Below, piece by piece: positions 50,748-61,307 of a DNA stretch of 64,000 nucleotides (position 1 is its first letter; every line of letters begins with the position of its first letter). Where the stretch lies: assembly GCA_965140585.1 (NCBI GenBank), contig OZ223269.1, positions 768,001 through 832,000 on the forward strand. Reading direction: 5' to 3'. The DNA comes from Spirochaetia bacterium (GTDB taxonomy: Bacteria; Spirochaetota; Spirochaetia; UBA9216). The position numbers and the translations under genes are program-made. The notes below the pieces were generated by a model that saw only the letters and a list, made by a program, of their open reading frames with translations, made no database searches and had not been told where the DNA came from.

Positions 50748-51419
50748 TTGGATACACAAAGACGAAATATAAAAAGCTATGTTATACGTGCCGGGAGAAT
50801 GAGTCCCCTGCAGCGGGAAGCTTATGAAAAACATTATAAGAAATACAGCATTGAATTCGGTGCCGAACTAAATATAAACCGGATATTCGGAGATCCTGAA
50901 TCGCTCTGTATTGAGATTGGTTTTGGAATGGGAACCGCTACCGCTGAAATCGCTGAAAAAAATCCCGATAAGGCTTATCTGGGTATTGAAGTTCACACAC
51001 CGGGAGTTGGAAAGCTGCTTTCAGAAATTGAAAACCGGGGGCTGGAAAACCTTAGAATCATCAAATACGACGCAGTTCAGGTTCTTAAAACAATGTTCAG
51101 CGAAGAATCTGTAGGTGGGTTTCATATATTTTTTCCGGACCCCTGGCCTAAGAAAAAGCATAATAAAAGACGCCTTATAAACGATGATTTTACAAAATTG
51201 CTTGTATCAAGACTTAAAAAAGGCGGTTATATTTATACTGCTACCGACTGGGAAGATTATGCCGAGCAAATGTTTGAAGTTTTTGAAAGAAATCCCGAAC
51301 TCGAAAATTCATTCGAAAAATGGGCCGAGAACATAAGCTGGCGTCCGGAAACCGGATTTGAAAGAAAGGGCCTTAATAAGAATCATTTGATAAAAGAATT
51401 ATACTATATACGTGTTTAG
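50748..51419 (+). CDS. trmB: tRNA (guanine-N7)-methyltransferase
   Basis: EIGFGMG, FPDPWPKKKH, ATDW, FERKG. Confidence 0.95.
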   Translation: MDTQRRNIKSYVIRAGRMSPLQREAYEKHYKKYSIEFGAELNINRIFGDPESLCIEIGFGMGTATAEIAEKNPDKAYLGIEVHTPGVGKLLSEIENRGLENLRIIKYDAVQVLKTMFSEESVGGFHIFFPDPWPKKKHNKRRLINDDFTKLLVSRLKKGGYIYTATDWEDYAEQMFEVFERNPELENSFEKWAENISWRPETGFERKGLNKNHLIKELYYIRV

Positions 51420-51505
51420 TTAAAAATGCATTTTTAGCTTGATTATATTAGTAAAAACATATTAATATTATACGATTCCGCACATCACATAGAAGAGGTA
51501 ACGCA

Positions 51506-52858
51506 ATGATCATGGATAAAGATAATATGGATCGATATGTCCGAATCGCCACAGAGAATAATACAATCTCTCCGGAACACTATAATAAGTATAATGTTAA
51601 ACGGGGACTTCGAAATTCTGACGGTTCAGGTGTACTGGTCGGATTGACTGAAATAGGTGATGTTCACGGATACATCATGGACGAAAGTGAAAAAGTTCCC
51701 GTAGAAGGACGGTTAAGATACCGTGGTATTGATGTTAAAGACCTGGTAGAAGGCTTTCAGAATGAAGGCAGACCAGGTTTTGAAGAAGTTATATATCTGC
51801 TGCTCTTTGGAGAATTACCAAGTCAGGAAGATTACAGACTTTTCTATGACTACCTCGGTTCACTCAGAAGTCTTCCTAAAAACTTTACTGAGGATATGAT
51901 TCTTAATACGCCCAGTGCGAATATAATGAACAAACTCGCCAGAAGTGTGCTTGCACATTATTCTTTTGATGAAAATTCAGAGGATCAATCAATAGGAAAT
52001 GTACTGAGACAGTCCATAGACCTGATTGCAAGATTCCCGACCATTGTTGCACATTCCTATCAGGCTAAAAGGAGATATTATGATCAGAAGAGTCTGTTTC
52101 TGCACACTCCTGATCCGGCACTTTCCACTGCTGAGAATTTTCTTATGCTCATTCGTCCTGATAAAAAATATTCACAGCTTGAAGCTGAACTTCTTGATCT
52201 CTGTCTTGTTCTGCATGCAGAGCACGGAGGAGGAAACAACTCTGCTTTTACGATTCACGTAGTATCTTCTGCCAGTACTGACACTTATTCTGCAATATCT
52301 GCCGGTATCGGATCTCTGAAGGGCGATCGTCACGGAGGAGCTAATATTAAAGTTCATGACATGTTTGATGATATAAAGAGCAATGTTAAAAACTGGAGTG
52401 ATGATGAAGAGATAAAAGCACATCTCATGAAAATCCTCAACAAGAAGGCTTTTGATAATTCGGGACTTATCTACGGACTCGGTCATGCAGTATATACCAT
52501 TTCGGATCCGCGTGCTCTGCTTCTTAAAAAGAAGGCGGAGATGCTCGCAAAAGAAACCGGTATGCTTGAAGAATTCAGGCTTTATGAAGCTGTTGAAAGA
52601 CTTGGTTCACAGACATTTAAAGAATTCAAAGGGTCTGATAAGCCTGTAAGTGCGAATGTTGATTTCTACTCAGGCTTTGTTTATAGCATGCTTAACATTC
52701 CAACGGAACTGTTTACCCCTATATTCGCAATTGCAAGAATTTCGGGCTGGTGTGCACACCGGATTGAAGAACTTGTTAAGGGCGGTAAGATTATGCGTCC
52801 GGCATACAAGAATGTTTCACGTCAGAAACCTTATATACCTCTTAAAGACAGAGCTTAA
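51506..52858 (+). CDS. gltA: Citrate synthase
   Basis: LHAEHGGGNNS, LKGDRHGGAN, GLGHAVY, NVDFYSG. Confidence 0.94.
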   Translation: MIMDKDNMDRYVRIATENNTISPEHYNKYNVKRGLRNSDGSGVLVGLTEIGDVHGYIMDESEKVPVEGRLRYRGIDVKDLVEGFQNEGRPGFEEVIYLLLFGELPSQEDYRLFYDYLGSLRSLPKNFTEDMILNTPSANIMNKLARSVLAHYSFDENSEDQSIGNVLRQSIDLIARFPTIVAHSYQAKRRYYDQKSLFLHTPDPALSTAENFLMLIRPDKKYSQLEAELLDLCLVLHAEHGGGNNSAFTIHVVSSASTDTYSAISAGIGSLKGDRHGGANIKVHDMFDDIKSNVKNWSDDEEIKAHLMKILNKKAFDNSGLIYGLGHAVYTISDPRALLLKKKAEMLAKETGMLEEFRLYEAVERLGSQTFKEFKGSDKPVSANVDFYSGFVYSMLNIPTELFTPIFAIARISGWCAHRIEELVKGGKIMRPAYKNVSRQKPYIPLKDRA

Positions 52859-52875
52859 TCTCAGGATTTTACATT

Positions 52876-52904
52876 AAAGCCGTTCTGAAAAGGAACGGCT
52901 TTTT
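52876..52904 (+). terminator. Intrinsic terminator after gltA
   Basis: AAAGCCGTTC-loop-GAACGGCTTTTT. Confidence 0.8.
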
Positions 52905-52936
52905 AAATTCTTATTCAATATATCTGCAAATAAAAT

Positions 52937-52965
52937 TTGACCTCATAAATACTTGTTCTTATCAT
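52937..52965 (+). promoter_or_regulatory. sigma70 promoter of PNPOx-pdh operon
   Basis: TTGACC-N17-TATCAT. Confidence 0.65.
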
Positions 52966-52986
52966 TTAGATAAGGAGCTGATAAAT

Positions 52987-53424
52987 ATGGAAAAAAATGA
53001 GGTAATCATAAAACTAAAAAAAATAATCGATGATACTGGAACCGCTGTACTTGCAACTGCAGGCGCGTCGAATATTCCGGGAATGCGGTGGATGACACCG
53101 GTTTTTCTTAAAAATGACCGTGATAATATCTATGCAGTAACTTCATCAAAATTTACAAAAATATCTGATATTAAGAATAATAATAAGATTCAGTGGATGT
53201 TTCAGTCTAAAGCCCTGGATCTGATTATCAATGTTGATTGTGAGATATCCGTACTTGAAAATCCTGCAGTTGAAGCAGAAGTCCTTCAGGCTATGGGGGC
53301 TCGGCTTAATACATTCTGGACGGTAAATAAAGATTCATCCTCTCTGGTTGTACTGGAGAGCAGGATTATCAAAGCTGCGGTTTTTACCCCTGTTAAAAGC
53401 CAGAGACATCTTATCACTTTCTGA
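52987..53424 (+). CDS. Pyridoxamine 5'-phosphate oxidase-like split-barrel protein
   Basis: AVLAT...PGMRWM...TSSKFTKISDI..N. Confidence 0.75.
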   Translation: MEKNEVIIKLKKIIDDTGTAVLATAGASNIPGMRWMTPVFLKNDRDNIYAVTSSKFTKISDIKNNNKIQWMFQSKALDLIINVDCEISVLENPAVEAEVLQAMGARLNTFWTVNKDSSSLVVLESRIIKAAVFTPVKSQRHLITF

Positions 53425-53434
53425 AGGGGGAATT

Positions 53435-54418
53435 ATGTCGTCAGATAAATTACTTACAGAAAAAAATAAAAAACTATTAACCGGTATGCTTAAGGAGATG
53501 CTCCTTATAAGGCGGTTTGAAGAAGTTGCTGCAAGAATGTACGGACTCCGTAAAATCGGAGGTTTCTGCCATTTATACATAGGTGAAGAGGCTGTCGCAA
53601 CCGGGGCAATATCTGCTCTTGATTTATCAATTGATTATATAGCAGCAGCCTACAGGGATCATGGGCATGCTCTTGCCTGCGGAATGGATCCGAATGCGAT
53701 TATGGCTGAACTCTACGGCAAAATTACAGGCTGCAGTAAGGGCAAGGGCGGATCAATGCATATGTTTGATGCTGAAAAACATATGTTCGGCGGTAATGGA
53801 ATAGTCGGAGGCCAAATTCCTGTTGCCACTGGCGCCGCATTTAAAATTAAATACCGGAAAGAAAAAGGCGTTGTTTTATGCTTTTTCGGGGACGGCGCAA
53901 TTCATCAGGGTAGTTTTCATGAAAGTGTGAACCTTGCAAAGATTTATAATCTGCCTGTTATATACATATGTGAAAATAATCAGTATGGAATGGGGACTGA
54001 TTTCAGAAGGGTATCAGCTGTAGACGATTTTTCAGTTATGGGTAAATCTTATGGTATTGAAGGCATTCAGCTTAATGGTATGGATGTACTGGAGGTTTAT
54101 TCCGGAGTTAAAGAGCTTGCTGATAAACTGAAAAAGAATCCCGGACCCGGACTTTTGGAGATAAAGACTTACAGGTATAAAGGGCATTCTATGAGTGATC
54201 CCGGAAAATACAGAACCAAAGAGGAATTGGAAGAATACAGGGAGCGCGATCCGATTATTCTTCTAAAAACCAGAATGATGGAAAAAGGACTGCTCACAGA
54301 GGAAGAATACAGCAGTTATGACAAGGAAGCACAGAAGATTGCAAAGGATTCAGCAGATTTTGCAGAATCATCACCCGAACCGTCTCTTGAAGAGATGTAT
54401 ACAGATATTTACGCCTGA
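53435..54418 (+). CDS. pdhA: Pyruvate dehydrogenase E1 alpha
   Basis: IGGFCHLYIGEEA, GKGGSMH, GDGA...NN TPP motif, YRYKGHSMSDP. Confidence 0.96.
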   Translation: MSSDKLLTEKNKKLLTGMLKEMLLIRRFEEVAARMYGLRKIGGFCHLYIGEEAVATGAISALDLSIDYIAAAYRDHGHALACGMDPNAIMAELYGKITGCSKGKGGSMHMFDAEKHMFGGNGIVGGQIPVATGAAFKIKYRKEKGVVLCFFGDGAIHQGSFHESVNLAKIYNLPVIYICENNQYGMGTDFRRVSAVDDFSVMGKSYGIEGIQLNGMDVLEVYSGVKELADKLKKNPGPGLLEIKTYRYKGHSMSDPGKYRTKEELEEYRERDPIILLKTRMMEKGLLTEEEYSSYDKEAQKIAKDSADFAESSPEPSLEEMYTDIYA

Positions 54419-54428
54419 GGAGGTTGAA

Positions 54429-55403
54429 ATGGAAATTACTTTCAGAGAAGCTCTGAATCAGGCTATGAGCGAAGAAATGAGACGCGATCCTGATGTGTTC
54501 ATTTTAGGTGAAGAAGTAGCCCAGTACGATGGTGCTTATAAGGTTACACAGGGCATGCTTGATGAGTTCGGTCCTGAACGCGTTATCGATACCCCGATAT
54601 CTGAGGAAGGATTCACCGGACTTGCAGTTGGTGCAGCTATGGCCGGATTAAGGCCTATTGTTGAGTGGATGACACTTAATTTTTCTTTGATGGCCTATGA
54701 TCAGGTTATCAATAATGCTGCTAAAACAAGATATATGTCAGGCGGTCAGTTTATAATGCCAATGGTCATGAGAGGTCCCAATGGGCCTGCTGAATTTCTG
54801 GCGTCACAGCACAGTCAGGCTTTTCAGTCAATTTATGCCCATATTCCCGGGCTTAAGGTATGTGCACCTTCTACCTGTCATGACGCAAAAGGTATGCTGA
54901 AAACTGCTATAAGGGATGATAATCCTGTTATTTTTCTCGAAGCCGAAATGATGTATTCATGGAAGGGCGATGTTCCTGAAGAAGAATATCTTGAACCTAT
55001 TGATAAGGCCGTTGTACGAACTGCAGGCAAAGACATCACCATAGCCAGTTTTTCGAAACCGATGAGGCTTGTTGAAGAAGCGGCTGAAAAGCTTGAAGAG
55101 CGGGGAATTAGTGTTGAGGTTATTGATCTGAGATCTCTGCGTCCGCTGGATGAAGAAACAATCCTGCAGTCAGTGAAAAAAACAAACAGGTTCTTAATGG
55201 TCGAAGAAGCCTGGCCGTTTGCAAGTGTAGGTCATTCAGTATGTTCGATAGTAACTTCAAAGGCTTTTGATTTTCTTGACGCGCCGCCTGAACTTGTGGC
55301 AATGGAAGATGTTCCCATGCCTTATAACAGGGAACTGGAAAAAAATGTGTGTATAACAACTGACAAAATTATTAAGGGTGCAGAGAAAATACTCTATATT
55401 TAA
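54429..55403 (+). CDS. pdhB: Pyruvate dehydrogenase E1 beta
   Basis: LGEEV, DTPISE, QHSQ, DLRSLRPLD, DVPMPY; ATG after GAGGAGG. Confidence 0.96.
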   Translation: MEITFREALNQAMSEEMRRDPDVFILGEEVAQYDGAYKVTQGMLDEFGPERVIDTPISEEGFTGLAVGAAMAGLRPIVEWMTLNFSLMAYDQVINNAAKTRYMSGGQFIMPMVMRGPNGPAEFLASQHSQAFQSIYAHIPGLKVCAPSTCHDAKGMLKTAIRDDNPVIFLEAEMMYSWKGDVPEEEYLEPIDKAVVRTAGKDITIASFSKPMRLVEEAAEKLEERGISVEVIDLRSLRPLDEETILQSVKKTNRFLMVEEAWPFASVGHSVCSIVTSKAFDFLDAPPELVAMEDVPMPYNRELEKNVCITTDKIIKGAEKILYI

Positions 55404-55417
55404 ACGGAGGAAGCAGA

Positions 55418-56671
55418 ATGGCAGAAAAATTATATATGGCGGCGCTTTCTCCTACCATGGAGAAAGGTAAAATAGTCAGCTGGAATAAAAAAGAAGGCGA
55501 TGCCGTAAAAAGCGGCGACGTAATATGCGAAGTGGAAACTGATAAGGCGGTTATGGACTATGAATCAGACTTCGACGCATATATATTAAAAATTGTACTT
55601 CCAGAAGGTAGTTCCGCTGAAGTAGGTGAGGTAATTGCCTACTACGGAGAGGAAGGTGAAACTGTTGAAATTAGTGAACAGAAAAAGCCTGAAAGTGCAA
55701 AAAAGGAAGCAGCTGCAGAAAATAAAACAGAGGCGGCGGTAGAAAAGACAGGAGAAAATAAACCGAGCACTGTAAATAATTCTGAAAATAACGTTGCTGC
55801 AGACGGAAAGCGAATAAGAATTTCACCGCTTGCCAAAAAAATAGCTTCAGAAAACGGAATCTCAATCAGTACGGTAAACGGCAGTGGTACAGACGGCAGA
55901 ATAATCAAACGTGACATTGAATCAATTCTGGAAGGTGGATCTGCACCTGCGGCAGGAAATTATACTGCAGCTCAGGATACTGATAAAGAAATCCCTGTTT
56001 CAGGTATGCGTTCAGTTATTGCACGCCGGCTTGCAGAGTCCAAGTTTTCTGCTCCGCATTACTATCTGAATGTTTCTGTAGATATGACTGCTCTGACAGA
56101 AGCTCGTGAAAAGATTAACCGTAAACTTGGAAATAAAATATCCATGAATTCTTTTATAATCAAAATTGCTACGGCAGCTTTGAAAAGGCATCCTGTTATT
56201 AACAGCAGCTGGAATGGTGACTCAATAATTCAATTCGGAGCAGTTAATGTGGGATTTGCAGTCGCCCTTGAGCAAGGTCTTATTGCTCCAGTTATTAAAA
56301 ATACAGACAGGATGGGAATCCTGGAAATTGATTCTGAATTTAGAAGACTTGTAGATCGGGCTAAAAGCGGAACGATCAAGCCTGAAGAATATTCAGGAGC
56401 AGGATTCAGCATCAGTAATCTTGGAGGTTTCGGAATAGAGAATTTTACAGCGATAATAAATCCGCCCGGATCCTCTATTCTTGCAATAGGAGCTGTTATT
56501 AAAAAGCCGGTTGTAGTTCAGGATGATGACGGAGAAGATATTGTCACAATAAAACCAATGATGAAACTGTCCCTGTCCTGTGATCACAGGGTTATTGACG
56601 GTGCAGATGGTGCGGCTTTTCTGGCTGATATTAAATCTATGCTTGAATCCCCGGTGGAAGCCTTACTTTAA
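55418..56671 (+). CDS. pdhC: Dihydrolipoamide acetyltransferase E2
   Basis: One lipoyl domain (ETDKA), PSBD (SPLAKK...GRIIKRD), DHRVIDG. Confidence 0.96.
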   Translation: MAEKLYMAALSPTMEKGKIVSWNKKEGDAVKSGDVICEVETDKAVMDYESDFDAYILKIVLPEGSSAEVGEVIAYYGEEGETVEISEQKKPESAKKEAAAENKTEAAVEKTGENKPSTVNNSENNVAADGKRIRISPLAKKIASENGISISTVNGSGTDGRIIKRDIESILEGGSAPAAGNYTAAQDTDKEIPVSGMRSVIARRLAESKFSAPHYYLNVSVDMTALTEAREKINRKLGNKISMNSFIIKIATAALKRHPVINSSWNGDSIIQFGAVNVGFAVALEQGLIAPVIKNTDRMGILEIDSEFRRLVDRAKSGTIKPEEYSGAGFSISNLGGFGIENFTAIINPPGSSILAIGAVIKKPVVVQDDDGEDIVTIKPMMKLSLSCDHRVIDGADGAAFLADIKSMLESPVEALL

Positions 56672-56705
56672 AAAAAAGCAGGATAGAACAGTTGTTCTAT
56701 CCTGC
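56671..56705. terminator. Terminator hairpin between convergent pdhC and EF-G paralog
   Basis: A run then GCAGGATAGAACA-gt-TGTTCTATCCTGC; U-tract on minus strand. Confidence 0.8.
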
Positions 56706-56731
56706 AATAATTACTTTCTTAAGGAAAACTC

Positions 56732-58810
56732 TTATTCTTCTTCTTTGTGAGCCTTTGCTTCAGCAATTACCTTATCGGCAATAGGTCCGGAAATTGGAGT
56801 GTAGTGATCAAACTCCAATTCGAATGAAGCTGTTCCGGAAGTAATAGATCGTAAATCAACCGAGTAGTTCAGCATTTCTCCCTGTGGTACCTGAGCGTCA
56901 ATTTCAAGAATTCCGCCTCCCAGAGGTTCCTGTCCTAAAACTTTTCCTCGTTTGGAGCTGAGATCCGATAATATGTCACCCATATACTGTTCTTCACAGA
57001 AAACTTTAAGATTCATTATAGGTTCAAGAAGTTTGACACCGGCTTTTTCAAATGCGGCTTTAAGTGCACCCTTTCCGGCCAGCTTAAATGCCATTTCAGA
57101 AGAATCTACGGGATGCTCCTTACCGTCAATAATTCTTGCTTCAAGGTCAACTACAGGGTATCCGGCAAGAAAACCTTCCTCCATTGCCTCAAGAATACCC
57201 TTTTCGATTCCCGGCATATATCCTTTAGATATTGATCCGCCTTTGATAGCATTTTCAAAACGCATATACTCACCGCGTTCTATGGGTTTGATTTCCATAA
57301 CTACACGACCGTACTGTCCATGTCCGCCGGACTGTTTTTTATGCGTATATTCAGCGCTTGCTGCTTTGGTTATTGATTCACGATAAGCTATTCTCGGTTT
57401 TCTGATTTCAACTTCTACCTTACCTTTATCACGTACATTGTCCAGAACAATATTAAGCTGAAGTTCACCCATACAGGAAACAACAGTTTCCTTGGTTTCT
57501 GTATTGTATTTAATCTGAAAGGTAAGATCCTGATCTGCAGCTTTGTGAAGGAACTGATTAAGCTTGTCTTCTTCCTTCTTACTTTCTGCTGATATTGCAA
57601 CAGCATGAACAGGCTGGGGGAGTTTAAGAGGCACAAAATGATATTTAATATCTGCAGCACAGTATGTGTCGTTTGTGTTTGCTCCTTCAACTTTAGCCAT
57701 TATGCCGATATCTCCGGCAATTAATTCATTAACTTCAATCAGCTTTTTTCCCTGAGTCTTGTACAGTTTGGAAATTCGTTCCTTTTTATTGTCTTTAACA
57801 TTATGAATTTCAGATTCAGAATTGAATTTACCCGTAATAACCTTAATGTAGGAAAGCCTGCCGGAAAACTGATCTATAGTAGTTTTAAAAACCATTAGAG
57901 AAACAGGTTTTGAAGCATCGTATTTTACTTCAACTTCCTCCTCATTTTCATTCAACGCAGGTTCATTAAGGCCTTCAGGATTAGGGGCGTTATTGGCAAT
58001 AAAATTAAGAAGTGAAGTCAGGCCGCTGTTCATTGTAGCTGCACCGCAGAGAACGGGTACTATTTTATTGCTTACAAGACCTTCATTTAAGCCGTGTCTT
58101 ATTTCATCTTCGCTGAGTGTTCCTTCCGCAAAATATTTTTCCAGAAGTTCATCATCACCCTCGGCTGCTGATTCAATAGTTATAAGACGGTATTCTTCGA
58201 CTATATCTTTCATATCTTCAGGAATGTCAGCGGCTTTTTCCTTACCGCCGCCTTCAGGAATGAGATAGGCCTTATTTTCAATCAGGTTTATTATTCCTTT
58301 ATAATTGCTTCCAGCTCCAATTGGAATAGTAACAGGAACAAGCGGAAGTTTGAATTTATCTTTGAGATCGGCAAAACAGGAATCGAAATCTGCACGATCC
58401 TTATCCATTTTATTGATAAAAGCTACTCTCGGTTTATTGCGGTCATTTAAACGCCGCCAAAGTTTCAGAGTTTCAATCTGAACTCCGGCATCAGCGGCAA
58501 CCAGCATTATTGCGGTTTCTGCAGAACGGAATGCTGCAACTACTTCACCTACGAAGTCTGAAGCACCGGGCGTATCCAGAATATTTATCTGTTTCTCTTT
58601 CCAGACAATATTTGAGAGACTTGTGTGTATTGATATTTTTCTATTAATCTCCTCCTCTGAAAAATCGCTGACAGTTTTCCCGTTGTCAACACTTTCAGCC
58701 TTTGAGATAACGTTACCGTTAAAGAGCATCTGCTCAACCACGGTTGTTTTTCCTGTACTGCCATGACCGGCGAGTGCAATGTTTCTGATGGCATTTGTTG
58801 GGAAACTCAT
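56732..58810 (-). CDS. EF-G-like paralog with divergent G domain (EF-G II type)
   Basis: G1 GHGSTGKT, G2 KISI, DTPG, NKMD; domain IV HKKQSGGHGQYG and HPVDSSEMAF; ATG 58810 after AGGAG. Confidence 0.9.
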   Translation of the reverse strand: MSFPTNAIRNIALAGHGSTGKTTVVEQMLFNGNVISKAESVDNGKTVSDFSEEEINRKISIHTSLSNIVWKEKQINILDTPGASDFVGEVVAAFRSAETAIMLVAADAGVQIETLKLWRRLNDRNKPRVAFINKMDKDRADFDSCFADLKDKFKLPLVPVTIPIGAGSNYKGIINLIENKAYLIPEGGGKEKAADIPEDMKDIVEEYRLITIESAAEGDDELLEKYFAEGTLSEDEIRHGLNEGLVSNKIVPVLCGAATMNSGLTSLLNFIANNAPNPEGLNEPALNENEEEVEVKYDASKPVSLMVFKTTIDQFSGRLSYIKVITGKFNSESEIHNVKDNKKERISKLYKTQGKKLIEVNELIAGDIGIMAKVEGANTNDTYCAADIKYHFVPLKLPQPVHAVAISAESKKEEDKLNQFLHKAADQDLTFQIKYNTETKETVVSCMGELQLNIVLDNVRDKGKVEVEIRKPRIAYRESITKAASAEYTHKKQSGGHGQYGRVVMEIKPIERGEYMRFENAIKGGSISKGYMPGIEKGILEAMEEGFLAGYPVVDLEARIIDGKEHPVDSSEMAFKLAGKGALKAAFEKAGVKLLEPIMNLKVFCEEQYMGDILSDLSSKRGKVLGQEPLGGGILEIDAQVPQGEMLNYSVDLRSITSGTASFELEFDHYTPISGPIADKVIAEAKAHKEEE

Positions 58811-58841
58811 GTTTGCTCCTTGTTGTGAGGTTGGATAATTA

Positions 58842-58870
58842 ACTATAGACGTGATTTTTTCAGCCGTCAA
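58842..58870 (-). promoter_or_regulatory. sigma70 promoter of downstream EF-G paralog
   Basis: Minus strand TTGACG-N17-TATAGT. Confidence 0.7.
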
Positions 58871-58950
58871 GAATTAATTAGAGGACGGTGAGGAGCGTGT
58901 TAAAACTGTGTTAATTAAATGACTGGGTTAATCATCTACAAAAAATCCAT

Positions 58951-58983
58951 GAAATAAGTTGTGAGGCACTCACAACTTATTTC
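58951..58983 (-). terminator. Perfect 15-bp inverted repeat after upstream EF-G gene (probable terminator)
   Basis: GAAATAAGTTGTGAG-gca-CTCACAACTTATTTC; U-tract is offset. Confidence 0.6.
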
Positions 58984-59009
58984 CGAATATAATCTCGATG
59001 CAATCGAGA

Positions 59010-61043
59010 TTATATTCCACCTTCCTTAGGTGCAAAATGACTGAACTCCATCGAGAAGGTTCCTCTTCCCTGGGTAAGGCTCCTGAGTACTGTAGAGTAC
59101 CCGAACATTTTGGAAAGAGGTGCTTCAACGTTCAGGTGCTCTATTGCGGTGCGGCTTTCAAGGCTGTGCACTATTCCGCCGCGTACAGTTACGTTGTTAA
59201 TTACCTCTCCAATGTAGTCCTTAGGACAGAGAATACCGACCTTCATAACGGGTTCAAGCAGAACCGGCCCGGCATTCCGGCAGGCTTCATCAAACCCCAT
59301 GGCCGCTGCTGCCTCAAAGGCGAAGGCCGTTGAAGTCATCTCATTGTAAACCGCAGATTCAAGAACAACACTGATATCAATTCCTGGGTAGCCATACATA
59401 ATACCTCCGGAAAAGGAGTTTTCAATACCGCGCCTGATAGCATCGAGGTATTCCCTCGGCAGAGTTTTTTCAGTTACAAGGCTGGAGAATAGATTACCCT
59501 CGCCGCGAGCAGAAGGTTTAACCCGAATTGTTAGTTCTGCAGTATTATCCTTACCGGCCATGACCTTATGGAATTTTTCAGTGTGCAGGTACTCCTGAGT
59601 GACTGTTTCCCTGTATGAAACCTGAGGATTACCTATTTTAGCTGCAACCTTATAGTCGTCAACTATCCTGGTAACAAGAACATCAAGATGAAGCTCTCCC
59701 ATACCTGAGATTACAAGCTGACCGGTTTCATCATTTTCTTTTACAACAAATGTCGGGTCCTCTCTTGTGAGGTTATCAAGTGTCTTTTTCAGTTTATCCA
59801 TATCGGACATGGATTTGGGTTCTATAGCAACAGAAATTACAGGTTCCGGGAAGTGCAGGTTTTCAAGCAGGACCTGATGTCCCTCGCTTCCGATGGTATC
59901 ACCTGTCTGGGCATCTTTCATTCCGATTATTACACCTATTTCTCCTGCGGCAAGAGATGACAGGTCTTCTGAAGTGTTTGAATGCATACGTAAAATACGG
60001 TTTATCCGCTCTCTTTTACGTTTGTTCATATTGTAGACAGCAGTACCTTTTTTTATAACTCCGGAATAAACACGGACATAACACATAGGGCCTGCTTCAC
60101 GATCATTCTGAATCTTAAAAACAAGCGCAAGCGGATTTCCATCATCACTTCTATCTACAATTACTTCACTTTCATTTTTAACTGAATGGCCTGTTATAGC
60201 AGGAAGATCACCGGGAGCTGGAAGATATTCGATAATACCGTCAAGCAATGGCTGAACTCCGATATTCCTTAAAGAAGCTCCAACAAAAACGGGCAGAAAA
60301 CTCTGGTCAAGAACTACCTTCCTTAAAACCTTATTGATTAGTTCAACAGGAATGTCGTTGCCTTCAAGATAAAGCTCGGTTACCTCATCGCTGAATTCAC
60401 CCAGTTTATCAATAAGCTTCTCTCTCCATTCTGACGCTATTTCTGAATTCTCAGGAGAGATATCCTTGTATATAAGTGCTGCTGCCGGATCATCAGGCCA
60501 GTATATTTCTCTCATATTGAGAAGATCAATAATACCCTTAAAATCAGATTCGGCGCCGATGGGCAGATACAATGGTACCGGGACGGCTCCAAGTTTTTCC
60601 TCAATTTCGGTTAGTACATCAAAAAAATCTGCACCTATACGATCCATCTTGTTGATATACGCAATTCTTGAAACATTGTAGGTATCAGCCTGATGCCAGA
60701 CAGTTTCGGACTGGGGCTCAACACCGCCGACCGCACAGAAAATGGCTACAGCACCGTCCAGAACACGAAGAGAGCGTTCAACTTCAGCAGTAAAATCTAC
60801 ATGACCCGGAGTGTCGATAATATTTATCTGCCTATCCTTCCAGTAGCAGGTTGTAGCCGCTGATACGATTGTGATACCGCGGTTCTGCTCCTGTTCCATC
60901 CAGTCCATTGTAGCTTCGCCGTCATCGACTTCACCGATTCGGTGGCTTTTCCCGGTATAGAAAAGTATTCGTTCCGTAGTGGTTGTTTTTCCGGCATCAA
61001 TGTGTGCCATTATCCCGATATTTCTCATGTTCTCTGCTGTCAT
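59010..61043 (-). CDS. fusA: Elongation factor G paralog with canonical G domain and divergent domain IV
   Basis: [33 protein letters not shown]; domain IV lacks QSGG-GQ. Confidence 0.9.
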   Translation of the reverse strand: MTAENMRNIGIMAHIDAGKTTTTERILFYTGKSHRIGEVDDGEATMDWMEQEQNRGITIVSAATTCYWKDRQINIIDTPGHVDFTAEVERSLRVLDGAVAIFCAVGGVEPQSETVWHQADTYNVSRIAYINKMDRIGADFFDVLTEIEEKLGAVPVPLYLPIGAESDFKGIIDLLNMREIYWPDDPAAALIYKDISPENSEIASEWREKLIDKLGEFSDEVTELYLEGNDIPVELINKVLRKVVLDQSFLPVFVGASLRNIGVQPLLDGIIEYLPAPGDLPAITGHSVKNESEVIVDRSDDGNPLALVFKIQNDREAGPMCYVRVYSGVIKKGTAVYNMNKRKRERINRILRMHSNTSEDLSSLAAGEIGVIIGMKDAQTGDTIGSEGHQVLLENLHFPEPVISVAIEPKSMSDMDKLKKTLDNLTREDPTFVVKENDETGQLVISGMGELHLDVLVTRIVDDYKVAAKIGNPQVSYRETVTQEYLHTEKFHKVMAGKDNTAELTIRVKPSARGEGNLFSSLVTEKTLPREYLDAIRRGIENSFSGGIMYGYPGIDISVVLESAVYNEMTSTAFAFEAAAAMGFDEACRNAGPVLLEPVMKVGILCPKDYIGEVINNVTVRGGIVHSLESRTAIEHLNVEAPLSKMFGYSTVLRSLTQGRGTFSMEFSHFAPKEGGI

Positions 61044-61133
61044 TATTGTCTCCGCGCGCATAATATCACAGATCATTAATTTTTTTAAAGAGGATGTAAA
61101 AACAATATTTTATAAATAATTTCTGCAATCTTA

Positions 61134-61163
61134 TTGACAAAAAAATGGATACTATGCTATTTT
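61134..61163 (+). promoter_or_regulatory. sigma70 promoter of tRNA-Val
   Basis: TTGACA-N18-TATTTT with TG extension. Confidence 0.55.
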
Positions 61164-61181
61164 CATTCTCGCAACGAGTAC

Positions 61182-61254
<73 letters not shown>

Positions 61255-61257
61255 AGT

Positions 61258-61288
61258 GGACTACCTTAACAGGTAGTCCTTTTTTTTT
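61258..61288 (+). terminator. Intrinsic terminator after tRNA-Val
   Basis: GGACTACCT-taac-AGGTAGTCC plus T run. Confidence 0.85.
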
Positions 61289-61307
61289 ATCAGGAAGCTA
61301 TTGCAAT

